Shown in pieces: positions 48,380 through 61,000 of a stretch of DNA of 64,000 bases. Each line of letters begins with the position of its first letter. The first letter of the stretch is position 1. A program made the position numbers and the translations under genes. Under the pieces are notes generated by a model. That model had not been told where the DNA came from. It saw only the letters and a program-made list of their open reading frames with translations, and searched no databases. This DNA comes from Dipteris shenzhenensis (lineage: Eukaryota), in assembly GCA_047967505.1 (NCBI GenBank), contig CM106538.1; one strand, given 5' to 3'.

Positions 48380-51300
48380 ATGAATCCCTCCATATTCACC
48401 TTTGATAAATGTCGTTGGAGCAAAAAATCAAATGTATGTGTGATCGATGTCAAGGGAACATGTATCGTGCATGTAGAATTACACTCAGTCACATCTCAAA
48501 GTACAGAGAATGGGATGCAACCATATCCATGGTAAGTCTTAAAGCATTGAGGTTGATTGAGATACTTATGGGTGTTCAAGTGTTTGATATATGATCCTTT
48601 TCTAATTTGATACAAGACGCAGTGCCACACCCGCATATGTTGCCCTATGCTAATCATGAGGAGGTGAAGTAGCGGCAATATGAGGTGGGATCTTCAAGAG
48701 GAACCGTTATGGATCCATGGAGTGATGATGGCAGTAGCCCTCCACCATTACCTCATGAGGTCATGAAGGAGGAGGTGTTAGATGATATGGTGCGAGATTC
48801 AGTCCTCAGGTAGTGATGATAGCATGGAGCAAGACGATCTTTTCATAGCAGCATTGACACTGGTATTTGAGGGATGCACATTCTCTATTCTATGTGCCTC
48901 AGAATGTGTTTTACGTGCCTCCCTTGAGTTACTAAACCTGCAGACCATTTATGGATGGAGCAATGCAAGTTTGAATTCATTACTCATGTAAGTTTTTTGT
49001 TTCGTACACATGGTGAATTATGCTAATGGATCAAAGACTAGAATACTTTTTCTCATTTATAGTCTTCACATGCAGGCTATTGTCTAAAACGCTTCCAAGG
49101 GAGAAAAAATTAATGACCTCAAGAGATATGGCGAGGTAGCATGTGACATCTCTTGGAGGGTTGGATTGCAAGCACATCCATGTATGCGTCAATGATTGCA
49201 TTCTGTTTCATGGATCACATAAGGAGGCTCGAGAGTGTCCTACTTGTGGCGAGGCAAGATATAGAGTAGATCTCAAAATTTTGGATGTTCCTCAAAAGGT
49301 TATGCGACATTTTTCTATAATCGCTCGCATCCAACATATCTTCAAGTGCAAATCCATTGCAGAGGTCATGTCATGGCATTCCTCCCATCGATCAAACTGA
49401 TGGCAAGTGGAGATCTCCTGCAAACACTCCTACGTGGAAGCATATTTAAGACACGTGGCCAAGATTCAAGGAAGAACCTAGGAACTTGAGACTTGGATTG
49501 GGTGTGGATGGTGTGAACCCATTTGGCCTCAAAAGAACCTCTTACAGTGTATGGCCAATGGTATTGGTGATTACAATCTTCCACCCTCTATGGCAGCAAT
49601 TAAGAAAGGACATGTTATGTTATCCCTTCTAATTCTAGGGAAACATAAAGTCAAAAACGTGGATGTTTATCTGGAGCCTTTGATTGATGAGCTGAAGATA
49701 ATTTGGAGAGGTATCGAGGTGCATGACATGTGAGCAGGCCTCCCTCGTCACATAAGATTTCACATGAAAGGAAGTGTTGATGTGGATGATGCATGACTTC
49801 TCAGGCTATGGTGAGTGTTCAGGTAAGCATTGAACTTTTAATTATGAGTAGGCAATCAATGTGGCATTGGGAACCCAGCTTGATTACGCAGCAATTGCAT
49901 CTATTGTTTAGGTCTCACTCCATCGGGTTACCATGCATGTCCTGTTTGTAGTCCTTCACTACCTAGTTGCTTCATGGCCAGAGGACTTAAATAAGGTCAT
50001 CTATGAGAATCACCATCGATTTCTCCCACCTAATCATCCTAGATATGCCCCCCACAATTAGAGATTGGAAGCAAATTTGGGACCTTTCCATGACTTCTCC
50101 TCCACATGGCATGAGCCGATAAGGGTTCGTAACTATTGTGTGCTATATATTGAATAGAAATAAAGATTTCATGCTAACACCATCTTTTGTTTAGATCCTC
50201 CATCTTTTATCGGCTACCATATTGGTCCTAAGATCAATCACGTACATGATCCAAATTGGCATATCTTCAGGAATGTGGCATCTACCATTTGGGAAATTTT
50301 GAATGGGACACAAGATTGCTTGAGCATAAGGGAGGATCTATGCACCACACGGAGGATGCATGAAGCTTGGCCACAACAATCCTAGCCCTTGATGAAATCT
50401 CTATCCAAGGGATACATTCAAATTTGACGCAGAGCACTCCCAACCATTAGATGAAGGGGTAGATCTAAGGGACATGATCAAAAGATATAGAGATCAATTT
50501 CCACCCTTAATTAATAAAAAGATCTAATGGAGGAGATGAGAGGAGAAACGTGCTTCAATCAAGGCCATAGATAAAGATCTACATCCAAGGGAGGAGATGA
50601 TGGTGGCGATAGGCACTAGAATATGGCCCCTTGATCTAAGAGGGAGATCTAGGGAGGAGATAAGGCAAGGAGGCACTAGAATCCAGTCCCTTCATCTAAG
50701 ATGAAGATCTAGGGAGGACAAAAGACAAGGAAGCACTTGAATCTTGGCCCTTCATCCAAGATGGAGATCTAGGGAGGAGAAAAGGCAAGGAGGTGCTTGA
50801 ATCTGGGCCCTAGATCTAAGATGGAGATCTAGGGATGTGGTACTCCACGAATGTGTGCGGCCAAAAGGAGCATTAATGATGGCATTAATGAGCTTTGACT
50901 TGATCTAGGCCCTCTATTAGGCACCTCATTGTGAGTGCTCCATCATGATCCTAATCAAGGGCCCAACTTGAAAGGCCTCTCCATCCTAGCCCTCCATTAT
51001 GCGCCTAGATCTTAGCCATCCATCTTGATTCGCTCATCAATGGCTCTAATTCAAACCCTCCTCCACACATCTTAGCCTTTGATCTTAATTTAGATCAAGG
51101 GCGCACATTGGTAGTCACCTAAGCCCTCTTAATGAGGCCTATCCCAAGCCAAAATTTAATCAATGCTAAGAGGCCCTTAGCCCATGGGTTACCATAGTGG
51201 GTTCATTTCTAATTAGCTTAATCCCGCTCTTAATCATTTCCTAACGAGGCTCTTTGGAGACCCCATTTCTCCCCTAATGATAGAATGTTATGCATAAGTT

Positions 51301-51830
51301 AGGAGCTTTCAACAATATAGATTGCTTATTCAATTGATTTTTTCTTGGTGTAGTGTCCTCACACCATATAGCATTGAACATAGTGCAAGCATTTCTGCAC
51401 ACAATGGATTGATGATAACAGAAACACACAAGATTGTGACATCATTGCTAGCTTTGAGCGAGCCAATCGAGCCATGGATGATTATGGTGGCATAATGTAA
51501 GATATTATTAATATTGAATTTCGGCGCTTCTTTGTGTATGTTTTGGATGTCAAGTGGTTTAAGGAAATGGTGGAAAGAGTCCCTAACGCAACAACCAAAT
51601 GCCATGCAAGTGCCTTTGTAACTATTGACTCCCCAAAGTTTTGGCAAAGAAAGAAGGACACACTGGTACTACCACAACAATGTGAATAGGTACTATACAC
51701 ATATATAAAAATACTCACTTATTTATACTTGAGTGACCTTCAACGCAAGGAAAATAACATGTTTGTATTTGTATTTGAATAGGTTTTCTATCAACCAATG
51801 GTGGATAATAATAGGTGGTGGCACGTCATA
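48380..51830 (+). pseudogene. CACTA/En-Spm Tnp2 (TnpD) transposase remnant
   Basis: IKCMCDRC; HIHVCVNDCILF..CPTCGEARY..VPQKVMRHF; RNLRLGLGVDGVNPFG; YNLPP; VDVYLEPLIDELKIIW; distal DYYG..DIINIEF..LDVKWF (DUF4216-like) near 51480-51560. Confidence 0.85.
50383..51270. repeat. Non-coding insertion within the CACTA remnant, with a 60-bp tandem array
   Basis: Units gagatctagggaggaga.aaggcaaggagg..ct.gaatc..g.ccct.gatctaag in register at 50610-50835; interrupts the Tnp2-like sequence. Boundaries approximate. Confidence 0.6.
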
Positions 51831-52674
51831 CCTAAGTATGCCACATTCCAAAGTGATGTATAGTACATTTACTAATATGGAGCGTATGGAGGGATGGAGG
51901 TGATGATGATCATGATATAAGAGACGAGGATGATCATGAGAGAGGAGATATAGATATTCAAGCCATTACCCATGAGGACGAGCCTACCATTGGTGATGCT
52001 AATTTCGATGAGCACAATAGCACAAGTAGTAGTGGGCTGGATATATTTGTAGATCTCCACATGTTTTGTGATTGGCTACACCCAAGAAAACGTTGACGAG
52101 TAGCAAGAAAGCACAAAAATTTGAAAAAAAATACACACAAAATATAGTATGGCAAGATTATGTCTCTTTAAATAGATTTTTAAGTAGCACAATGTCCTTA
52201 GAAACGGTCAAAACTATCTTTGCAATTTGATTTTTATCATGGATCATGTAACTACCAGCTTGAAACCCAAGTTAAATCCTACCATTTTATAAAATCTTTT
52301 AAAGGAAAAAAGAGAGAGTAAAAAGAGACATGACACAAGGTCCATTAGGACCCAATCCTCCCTGTAAATTTTAGGGGTGGTCCTTTATTATTCACCTGGT
52401 GATGTCTAAATACCATTTATGCCTTTTGAAAATTGAAGCACAACAAATACATAAATAAGGCAATGCTCACAAGAGCTCATATTTTATCCTTGTGTTGTTC
52501 ATATAAGATGTAATATAGAGTACAACCATATGAATAAAGGTGTTATCATCCTTCGACAACTTTGCTTTTTTTACTTCCTCCCATTGAGAACATGCATCAA
52601 AAGAGAGAAATCTTATAAGAATGTAGATTGAAAACAAGTAATCTCATATGAATAAGCAATTAAAAATATTTGTA

Positions 52675-54420
52675 TGGCAATATATAATATAATTATTATA
52701 ACCACACAGTGTGGCGAGGTAGTGCATGACAAAATATGAAGAGGGGAGAGGAGAAGAGTGGAGATGAGGAGAGAGCTGAGCACACCACAAATGACTAACT
52801 ATACACTAGATTTAGTTGAAAATATAGAATATATACAAACCCTTTTAGGGTTAGTGTAAGGGCATCTAACCCTTTCCTTTATGGCACTCTATATGTGTTA
52901 GTACTATACACATATGATCACATGATGTTGAGCATGGTTTCTCAACATCTTCCCGCAACATCAACATCATGAAGTAGGCCTTCCCTCAAGATAATAATTA
53001 TGGGGAATCAAAGAAGGATTGAGCATTACATTCCATCACACCACTTTAATGGGAATGTCCTTCCTCTGAGTCAAACCAAGAGCCTATTTGTGCTTCTTGA
53101 AAAGCTCTTTGCCAAGTGGTTTGGCAAATATGTCTACAACATTCTCTTTGCTATCACAATGCTATAGTGTGATTTCACCAGGTAACAATCTTTCTCTGAT
53201 GAAGTGCTCTCTCTAACATCAATGTGCTTTGTCTTGGAGTGGTATACTGGATTCTTGCCAATGCTTGAGTCAATTGATTATCACAGTATATTGTTGTTGG
53301 CTTTGATTCATCAAAGTAATATCTTTCTTTGTTTGAAAACAATGATATTGCACCTTGACCAAGGAAAAGTGTATATCCCTGTGTCAATCTCCTAGTCTCA
53401 TGATCTCCGTCCCTAGTCACTGTCATAGTATCCATGCAACCTTGGAGTGGCTACATTCCAATGACACTAAACTATGCTAGTAAACTTACTATCTGGCCAT
53501 ATGATAGTCAGCTATATAAGAGATCTGATGAGTTGTCGATAGTACCTGTCATTGACTATAGGCTTTTTTGAATCTTTTGTAAGTTTCAAAATCTGTTCCA
53601 TGGGAGTGGCTGGAATATTGCAATCTACCATATGAAACTTTTTCAGGAGAATGTCAACATATTTCACTTGACTCATGAAGGTGCTATCTGAATCTCTCTA
53701 GAACTGAATTCCAAGACAATCGTGCATAAGTCCAAGATCTTTCATGTCAAACTCTGCAGGTAAGTCTTGTTTCAAACTTTTGATGAACTATCCTTGCTTT
53801 CAGTCACAGTCAAATCATTTACGTACAAAAGTGCAATAGTAATGTCTTCCCCTTGAACTTTGTAGTAGAGAGTATGATTTGCATTGGATTTAATGTACCC
53901 CAAATTAGCAAGACACTTGTCGATTCTATTGTACCAACTTCTAGGTGCTTGCCTTTGGCCATTGAGACTTTTCTTGAGATGGCAAACCTAGTTCAACATA
54001 ACCTGTTGGTTGTTGTATGTAGACTTCCTTGTCTAGCCGTCTAGCCTCTAGGTAACCATTGAGAAAAGCATTCTTGATATTTGGCTGGTAGACATTCAAT
54101 CTGCTAATTGTTGCTAGTGATATCAAGAACCGTATAGAGTCCATCTTTGCTACTAGAACATAATTCTCATCATAGTCTTGACCATACTACTGTGCAAACC
54201 CTTTTGCATACTCTAGCTTTATATCTTTCAATGCTTCTAGATCTAGATTGTACTTCACTTTGTATACCCATTAGTTTGCTATGGCCTTCTTTCTTGGTGG
54301 AAGGTCGCATAATTCCCAAAGTATTATTCTTGTACAAAGCTTCCATTTATTCATTCATAGTAGTTTGCCATTCTGGCTTGTCAATTGGGGCCATCTTAAA
54401 CCCATGATGCAATGCACTCC
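52675..54420 (-). mobile_element. Ty1/copia 3' remnant (RT, RNase H, 3' LTR 52675-52947)
   Basis: IKNAFLNGYL, FDMKDLGL, GDHETRRLTQGY, IYCDNQ. The LTR is homologous to 14158-14415 plus 16969-17009. Confidence 0.85.
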
Positions 54421-55149
54421 TAGGTGAGATTTTGAATTTTGTGAGGACCCATGCTTTCACTGAACATTTTTCCAATGTCATGATGCCACACTAGCATAAT
54501 AATGAGACGCAATCTATTTATTCTAAACACTACAGAGGTTGACACATGGCACCTTTGCACTACATCATGCATCTTTGCATTGCTTTGTGTAGCACAATCT
54601 CTAGCCTGACCACCTATCATCGTGCAACCTTTTACCGCACCTTTTCCACCTTTCACTAGGCAATGCGCCCATGTAGATCATGAAAATTCAAGGTTGGCAC
54701 CATGCACTAGTTCTTGGCATAATAATGAGATGCAATTTATCATTCTGAACACCCCCACAACGTAGACTCTAACCTGACCACATGTTCATCATGCAGCCTT
54801 TTGTTGCATCTTTGCCACCTATCACTAGGCAATGCACCCATATAGATCATAGGTTGTCTTGGAGAGACCACCGCACTGGTTTTTGGCATAATAATGAGAT
54901 GCAATCTATCATTTTGAACATCATCATAGCACAAGTCTCTAGCCCAAAATTCAAGTTTGGCTTAGAGCAACCACCATGCTAGTTCTTGGAGTTATGGCTC
55001 CGTTGCCTATTTTTACGTATTTCAAGAGGATATCTATGACGACCACCATGCTAGCAAACAAAACGATATCTATGGCATCTATCGTGTTGGTTCTTGGATT
55101 TATATATTTATGTACCAAGGAAATTGTATTTCCTTGTGCAACCAAGGAA

Positions 55150-55282
55150 ATTGTAATTGATTATATGGCCCTTAAGGGGTCCCATTTAGGGGCAATGGCC
55201 ATATCTGTCTAGTGGCATCATGTCGATATGGCCCATGCCCCTAGAGGGGACCCCTCAAGGGCCATATCATCAATTGCATTTT
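55150..55282. repeat. Imperfect inverted repeat (hairpin) with arms of about 55-60 bp
   Basis: attgattatatggcccttaaggggtccc..taggggcaatggccatatc pairs with gatatggcccatgccccta..gggacccctcaagggccatatcatcaatt. Confidence 0.8.
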
Positions 55283-56439
55283 CTAAAAGTTTAATTGTAT
55301 TTTTTGAGATGTATCTCCATGCAACCACAAACATGGGTTGTTGGAGCTATTTTAGTGCTATTTTGGTCCTAAACGAAGGAAATTGTAGTCCTACTTTACT
55401 GGTATTTTAGTCCTTGTTGCAGTAAATCCTAAATGAGGGAAAAAGTATTCTGAGCCACCACGGCTCGGGGTTGCTTGGAGTAGTGGGATGATGAAGAGCT
55501 TAACAAATTGGTTAATGATACTATGCCACCCAGTACCCATAGCACATGTCAGGCTAGTTCAACACCATCAGAGGCACTCAAATATAAAAGTTAACAATAG
55601 TGCATACTGAGAGCCTCAAATTGAACAAAAGGGATTACATAAATGTAATAAAAACTCAGCAATTGCTTAGAGCCTTATAGACCAAAACATTACATCCAGC
55701 GAGCCAAAAGATTGCTAAGAGCCTTAGAGGCCAAAAGATTACATCTAGCCATTGCTGAGTGGTTATGAGCCTCGTTGAGAAAGAGGAAATTTTTACAACT
55801 CAATATCCATCCTGTTGCATTAAAAAAATTTAGGGAGCCGATGGAGGAGACGATAGAGAGGCCAAAGATCATGCACATTGGCAAGACTCAGATTACGGCC
55901 CCCCCAACAAGACAAGAGTACTCTGCTATAAAAATCATGAGGCCTTCATTAACGTCTAGGGGGAACCCATATAGCACAGCCATAAAGAGGCCCTCTATGA
56001 CCATGTCATCTAAGGTGGTGACATGTAGATATGGGGGGAATCAACTGTGGGTACGAAGGGTGTCCACTAGAGCTAACATTTCTACTCCAGGTGAGTGCAA
56101 CACAATCACCTTATACAAGAAGGCAGATAACATTAGGATCACATTGCATTGAGGGGTGGTAGTAGGTACGGTGAAGATGAGTGGGTGAGCTGTGGAGTAG
56201 ATGAGCAGAGGAGCAGATGAGTGGTGAGAGTTGGAGGAGGGAGCATGGAGCAAAGTAGAGTAGGGGCAAAAGAGAGCTAGAGGAGGGTGTGTCGAGCAAA
56301 GTAGCAGAGCATGTGGAGTAAAGTAGAAGAGAAGGGGTGGATGAGAGCAATGTAGTAAAATGCCAAATGCCATGGATTTTATATATTATAAAGTTCAAAC
56401 CACCATGGTGGCTTGAGGCCCAGAGGCCATGGTTCCATC

Positions 56440-57175
56440 CATATTAATTACATGCCACCACGGTGGAATCTTAGGTGCCACCCCATATGGGCTGGTAATT
56501 ATAAAGCAGATGCCTCGTGGTGGTAACTGGCAAGTGAGTAGGCCACTGCAGTGGTTGGTAATTAACTACCAACCCTAGCCATGATAGACGTGGCTGATGA
56601 GAGCTGCCACCAAGAAGTAATTACCACAAAAGTAAATCACGAAGCCTAGTCACCTCTAATCACTCATTACCATGCACTCTAGTACTTGGAGTACTAGAGT
56701 GACTACTAGTAATTTACTACACTTGGAGTAATCATGCATGCAAGCCTAGTGGTGGTAACTGGCAGGTGAGTAATTGTGGGCCACTACAGTGTCTAGTAAT
56801 TAATTGCCATCTCGGTGGAATCTTAGCCACCACAAACATGGCTGATGAGAGCCACCACCACTAGGTAGTAACTACCATAAAAGTAAATCATGAAGCCTAA
56901 TCACCTCTAATCACTCATTACAATGCTCTATTACTCTACTGAGCATGCAAGCTTGGTGACTAGTAATTTATTGCACTCGTAGTAATCATGTATGCAAGCC
57001 CAATGCTGGTAACTGGCAGGTGAGTAATTGTGGGCAACTAGCAGGTGAGTAACTGTGGGCCACTACAATAGTTGGTAATTAGCTCCCAACCTGTGTTGGA
57101 ATCTTAGCCACCACCATAGACATGACTGGTAATCTTAGGCACCACCATCTCTAATCACTCATTAGCATGCAAGGT
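56440..57175. repeat. Diverged tandem repeats of about 250 bp
   Basis: Recurrent ggtaactggcaggtgagtaa, aaagtaaatca.gaagccta, tctaatcactcatta and ggaatcttag at about 56520, 56755 and 57008. Confidence 0.75.
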
Positions 57176-58090
57176 AGTACTGCCGCCTTGAACTAATCAA
57201 AATTCAGGCCAACCATCGCAGTGGCTCCGCCGACCTTGATAGTTCCTTGTAGTCATGCTATAAACTTAAGCCTCCGCTATTCCATTCGATTCCTTGTTTC
57301 TTCTTCTCTCCCTCTCAACTGTTTCTTTCTCCCTTGCACTCAGACTACAAACTTAAGCCTCCACTATTATATTTCCTTCACTATTTCATTTCTATCCCTC
57401 TCGATCATTTCTATCTCCCTTGCACTCTTCTTACAACTTCTATCCCCTCTCATAATGGATCCCCCTAGACATACCAAGCTCCAAAAAATTTTTGAACAAT
57501 TTGAAAGCTCCTCACATGATCTTTCCTCCCCCTCTGCAGCACAGTGCAAGAGCCTCTCCTCCCATGATCTTGAAAACATTACATCTGGGAGCTCCTGACT
57601 CTCTCTTCAAAGATAGCATGATTAAAAATGTGCTAGGCTTTCCTGAGGCAATTTTCTAGCACACTTCTTCAAGAAGCAGTGAAAGAGATAGGATATTCTA
57701 GATGTATACCCCAACGCTCATATTAGTAAAGATGGTGGAGTGAAGCTTTCTAGCTTGCCAACAAACCTCCAAGATGTGCTAAAGAAGGCAATGCACTTCT
57801 TTGTTGATACAATAGGAATGTGAAAGGATGTGATGTCTCTTTCTTAAGGGCGATCTCCAAGAGCGTGATAACCAACCTAAATAATTGCATGGATCGCAAA
57901 TCCCAATTGTCATCTTAGTCCACTAATGTTGTAATGCATCTAATGACATCTACCCTCAAAGGGATTTTTGAGCAATACAACAAGAAGATGTCTCAGAAGG
58001 TGACTTTTCTACAAGAGAAAGCCATCAATGCAACAGAGGCAGTGCAACTTGAGAAAATTCTTAGGGAGGGTGCAGAAGCCAAGATAGAGG

Positions 58091-61000
58091 TGTAAGAAAA
58101 TAGTACGCAGCGGAAGATAACAACAAAACGCAAGTACACGATGGAAAGCTGGAGAGAATACAAAAATTCTGATATACCAAACTGCTGATACAACTGATGG
58201 TTGGCTGTCCACCCGTGCGCTCACAGACAGAGCTTCGATGGTGATCTAGACAGATGCTGGACGGAGGACTATGAGCGTGAAGAACTGGTGATCTGATGAT
58301 AGGGGGTGGCCACTTATATAGTGTAAGTGGTTGACGGTCGGCCCTGTAATAGGCAGTCGGCCTAATAGACAGTCGGCCTGGAAGACCAACCGACCCTTCA
58401 GAAAACATGCCGTCGGGCAGATGAAGGATCGCGCATAGGTCATACCGTCGGGCCTGGGGCTACCGGCAGCCCCCGGACCCTGCCGCTGGGGGCTTTGCCC
58501 CCAGACCCCCACCGGGGGCCTGCGCCCCCCGGACCCCCTGCTATCGGGGGGGCTATCGCCCCCCCGAACCCCCCCTTTGTGCAGACGGGTATCTACTCTT
58601 GGCTCCTAAGCCATCTCATAACCATCGGGTCTACTCTAAGACCCCTTCCAGTGTCTAAACTGGGGATCCCTCCCAATATCTGATACCCATCATGGCTTCT
58701 CCTCATATGGGGGCCTTACAACATTGGGTACACAGAATATTGGTGGGTTACATGAGAGGTGGACATTTGAGCTAACTCTAACACCCCCCCTCAATGTTCA
58801 CCCGAAGATGAACTATGTGATCGGACCAATGCCGAGTCGATGTAGATGCCGCAACAATAAATCACTCCCAAGAGCCTTCGTGAAGATGTCTGCGCAATTA
58901 TCCTCTGTGGGACAATACTCCAGCTCTATGACTCCATCCTCGATGAGCTCTCGTACGTAGTGATACTGGATCTCTATGTGCTTTGTACGAGCATGGAACA
59001 CAGGATTCTTTGCAATGGCCATGCAACTCTGATTGTCGCATTTCAGAACCGTCGCATCTTCGATTGGAACTCCTATGTCTTGCAGGATCCTCCTTAGCCA
59101 AACTGCTTCACAAGCAGCAATGCATGCTGCCTTGTACTCAGCTTCCGTCGAAGATAGTGCCACTGTTGGTTGCTTCTTACTAATCCAAGAGAACACTCCT
59201 GAACCAAGTGAGAAACAATATCCAGAAACTGACTTTCTAGAATCACAATCTCCCGCCCAATCTGAGTCACAGTAACCCGCCAAGGTCTTCCCTGCTCTGT
59301 AGGTAATGCCATACTCCAGTGTACCTTTCACGTACTTTAGCACACGCATCCCTGCTTTCCAATGGTTCTCTCGAGGTTGATTTGAGAACCTACTAAGTAC
59401 ACCAACTGCAAAGCTGATATCAGGTCTAGTGTTGCACAGAAAAATGAGACTCCCCACAAGTTTCCTATACTCCTTGATGTCGACAAGTGGTGATGCATCC
59501 TCCACTGAGAGCTTACCATTCACCTCCATGGGAGAGACCACGTCCTTACACTCGGTCATACCGAATGCCTTCAAGATCTCGCGAGCATATCTCTGCTGAG
59601 AGATGAAAATCCTGCCAGGTTTTTGCCAAACCTCAATGCCGAGGCAAAAGTGCATGAGCCCCAAATCTGTCATCTCAAACTCGGAACTCAACGACTCCCT
59701 CAACTTTTGCAGCATCTTCTCATGATCTCCTGTGATGATCAAGTCATCCACGTAAAGGACTATTACCACATACTTGCCATCCTGCTTACAAACATACAGG
59801 TTAGCATCAGAAGCACTTTTTGAGAAACCAATAGATATGAGAAAGCTATCAATCCGTTGGTACCATGCCCTTGGGGCCTGTTTCAGCCCGTACAATGCCT
59901 TCTTTAGTCTGCAAACCTTGTTCTCTGAATTGGGCACCTCAAATCCTGGTGGCTGGAACACATATACCTCCTCCTTGAGATGTCCATTCAAGAACGCAGA
60001 TTTCACGTCCATTTGAAACACCGGCCACTGCTTATGAGCAGCCAAGGCAAGTACCACCCGAATAGTTGTCATCCTTGCTGTAGGAGCAAAGGAATCCTCA
60101 AAATCAAAGCCTTCAACTTGAGAGTATCCTTGTGCAACAAGCCTAGCCTTGTACTTTTCCAAAGATCCATCAGATTTGTACTTGGCCTTCCATACCCATT
60201 TGGTACCAATGATCTTCCTTTTTTCTGGACGATCAACCAAGTCCCAAGTCTGATTCTTCATGATGCTGTCATACTCCTCTTGCATGGCAGCTTTCCAATT
60301 TGGATCCGCCATTGCCTCATCCAAATTCATAGGCTCTTGAACTTTCATAATCTCAGCCATCAAGGCCATATTGACTATGTGTTCAGAAGCCCTTTTCTGC
60401 TCCTCTATCCTCTTTGATCGTCGAAGTCCATCTGCAGATGACTCTGCCAAGTCTGGAACCGGATTCTTCTCATCAAAGAGCTGCCTTGCCCACTTTGGAA
60501 GTGGCTTACCTTGTGGAGCCAAGGCATGTTGTGGTGTTGGTGGAGTCTGTTCCTCGAAGTACTCCTCCTCATTCTGCAACTCTGCTTTAGATACGGGCAC
60601 AAGGTGAGTTACTTTTACGGCTGATGATAAAGTGGAAGGGCATACCTCCTCCTCCACTGTATGTGGCTGTTCCCAAAACACCACATCACGACTGACCACG
60701 ATCTTCTTTGCCTCTGGATCATATAGCCGGTACGCCTTTGACTCCTGGCTATAGCCCATGAAGATACACTTTCTGCTCTTTGGATCTAATTTCTTTCTGG
60801 TGCTATCTGGAACATGAACAAAGCACTCACATCCAAATGTTCTGAAATGAGAAGCGGAAGGCTTTTTACCTGAGTAAGCCTCCAAAGGTGTTTTGCCCGT
60901 CAAGGCCTTTGTGAAGCTTCGATTGACGATGTCCGTGCGAAGCTTCTTTACCTTCAGCCCGCTTTCGTTTTCCACCATCTTTTGCCACTGTTTGAATTTT

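Noticed and set aside
51877-51887. 11-bp inverted match to the putative Sola left end at about 9324
   Set aside because: Too short, lacks the terminal CTC and TSD, and is 42 kb away; probably chance.
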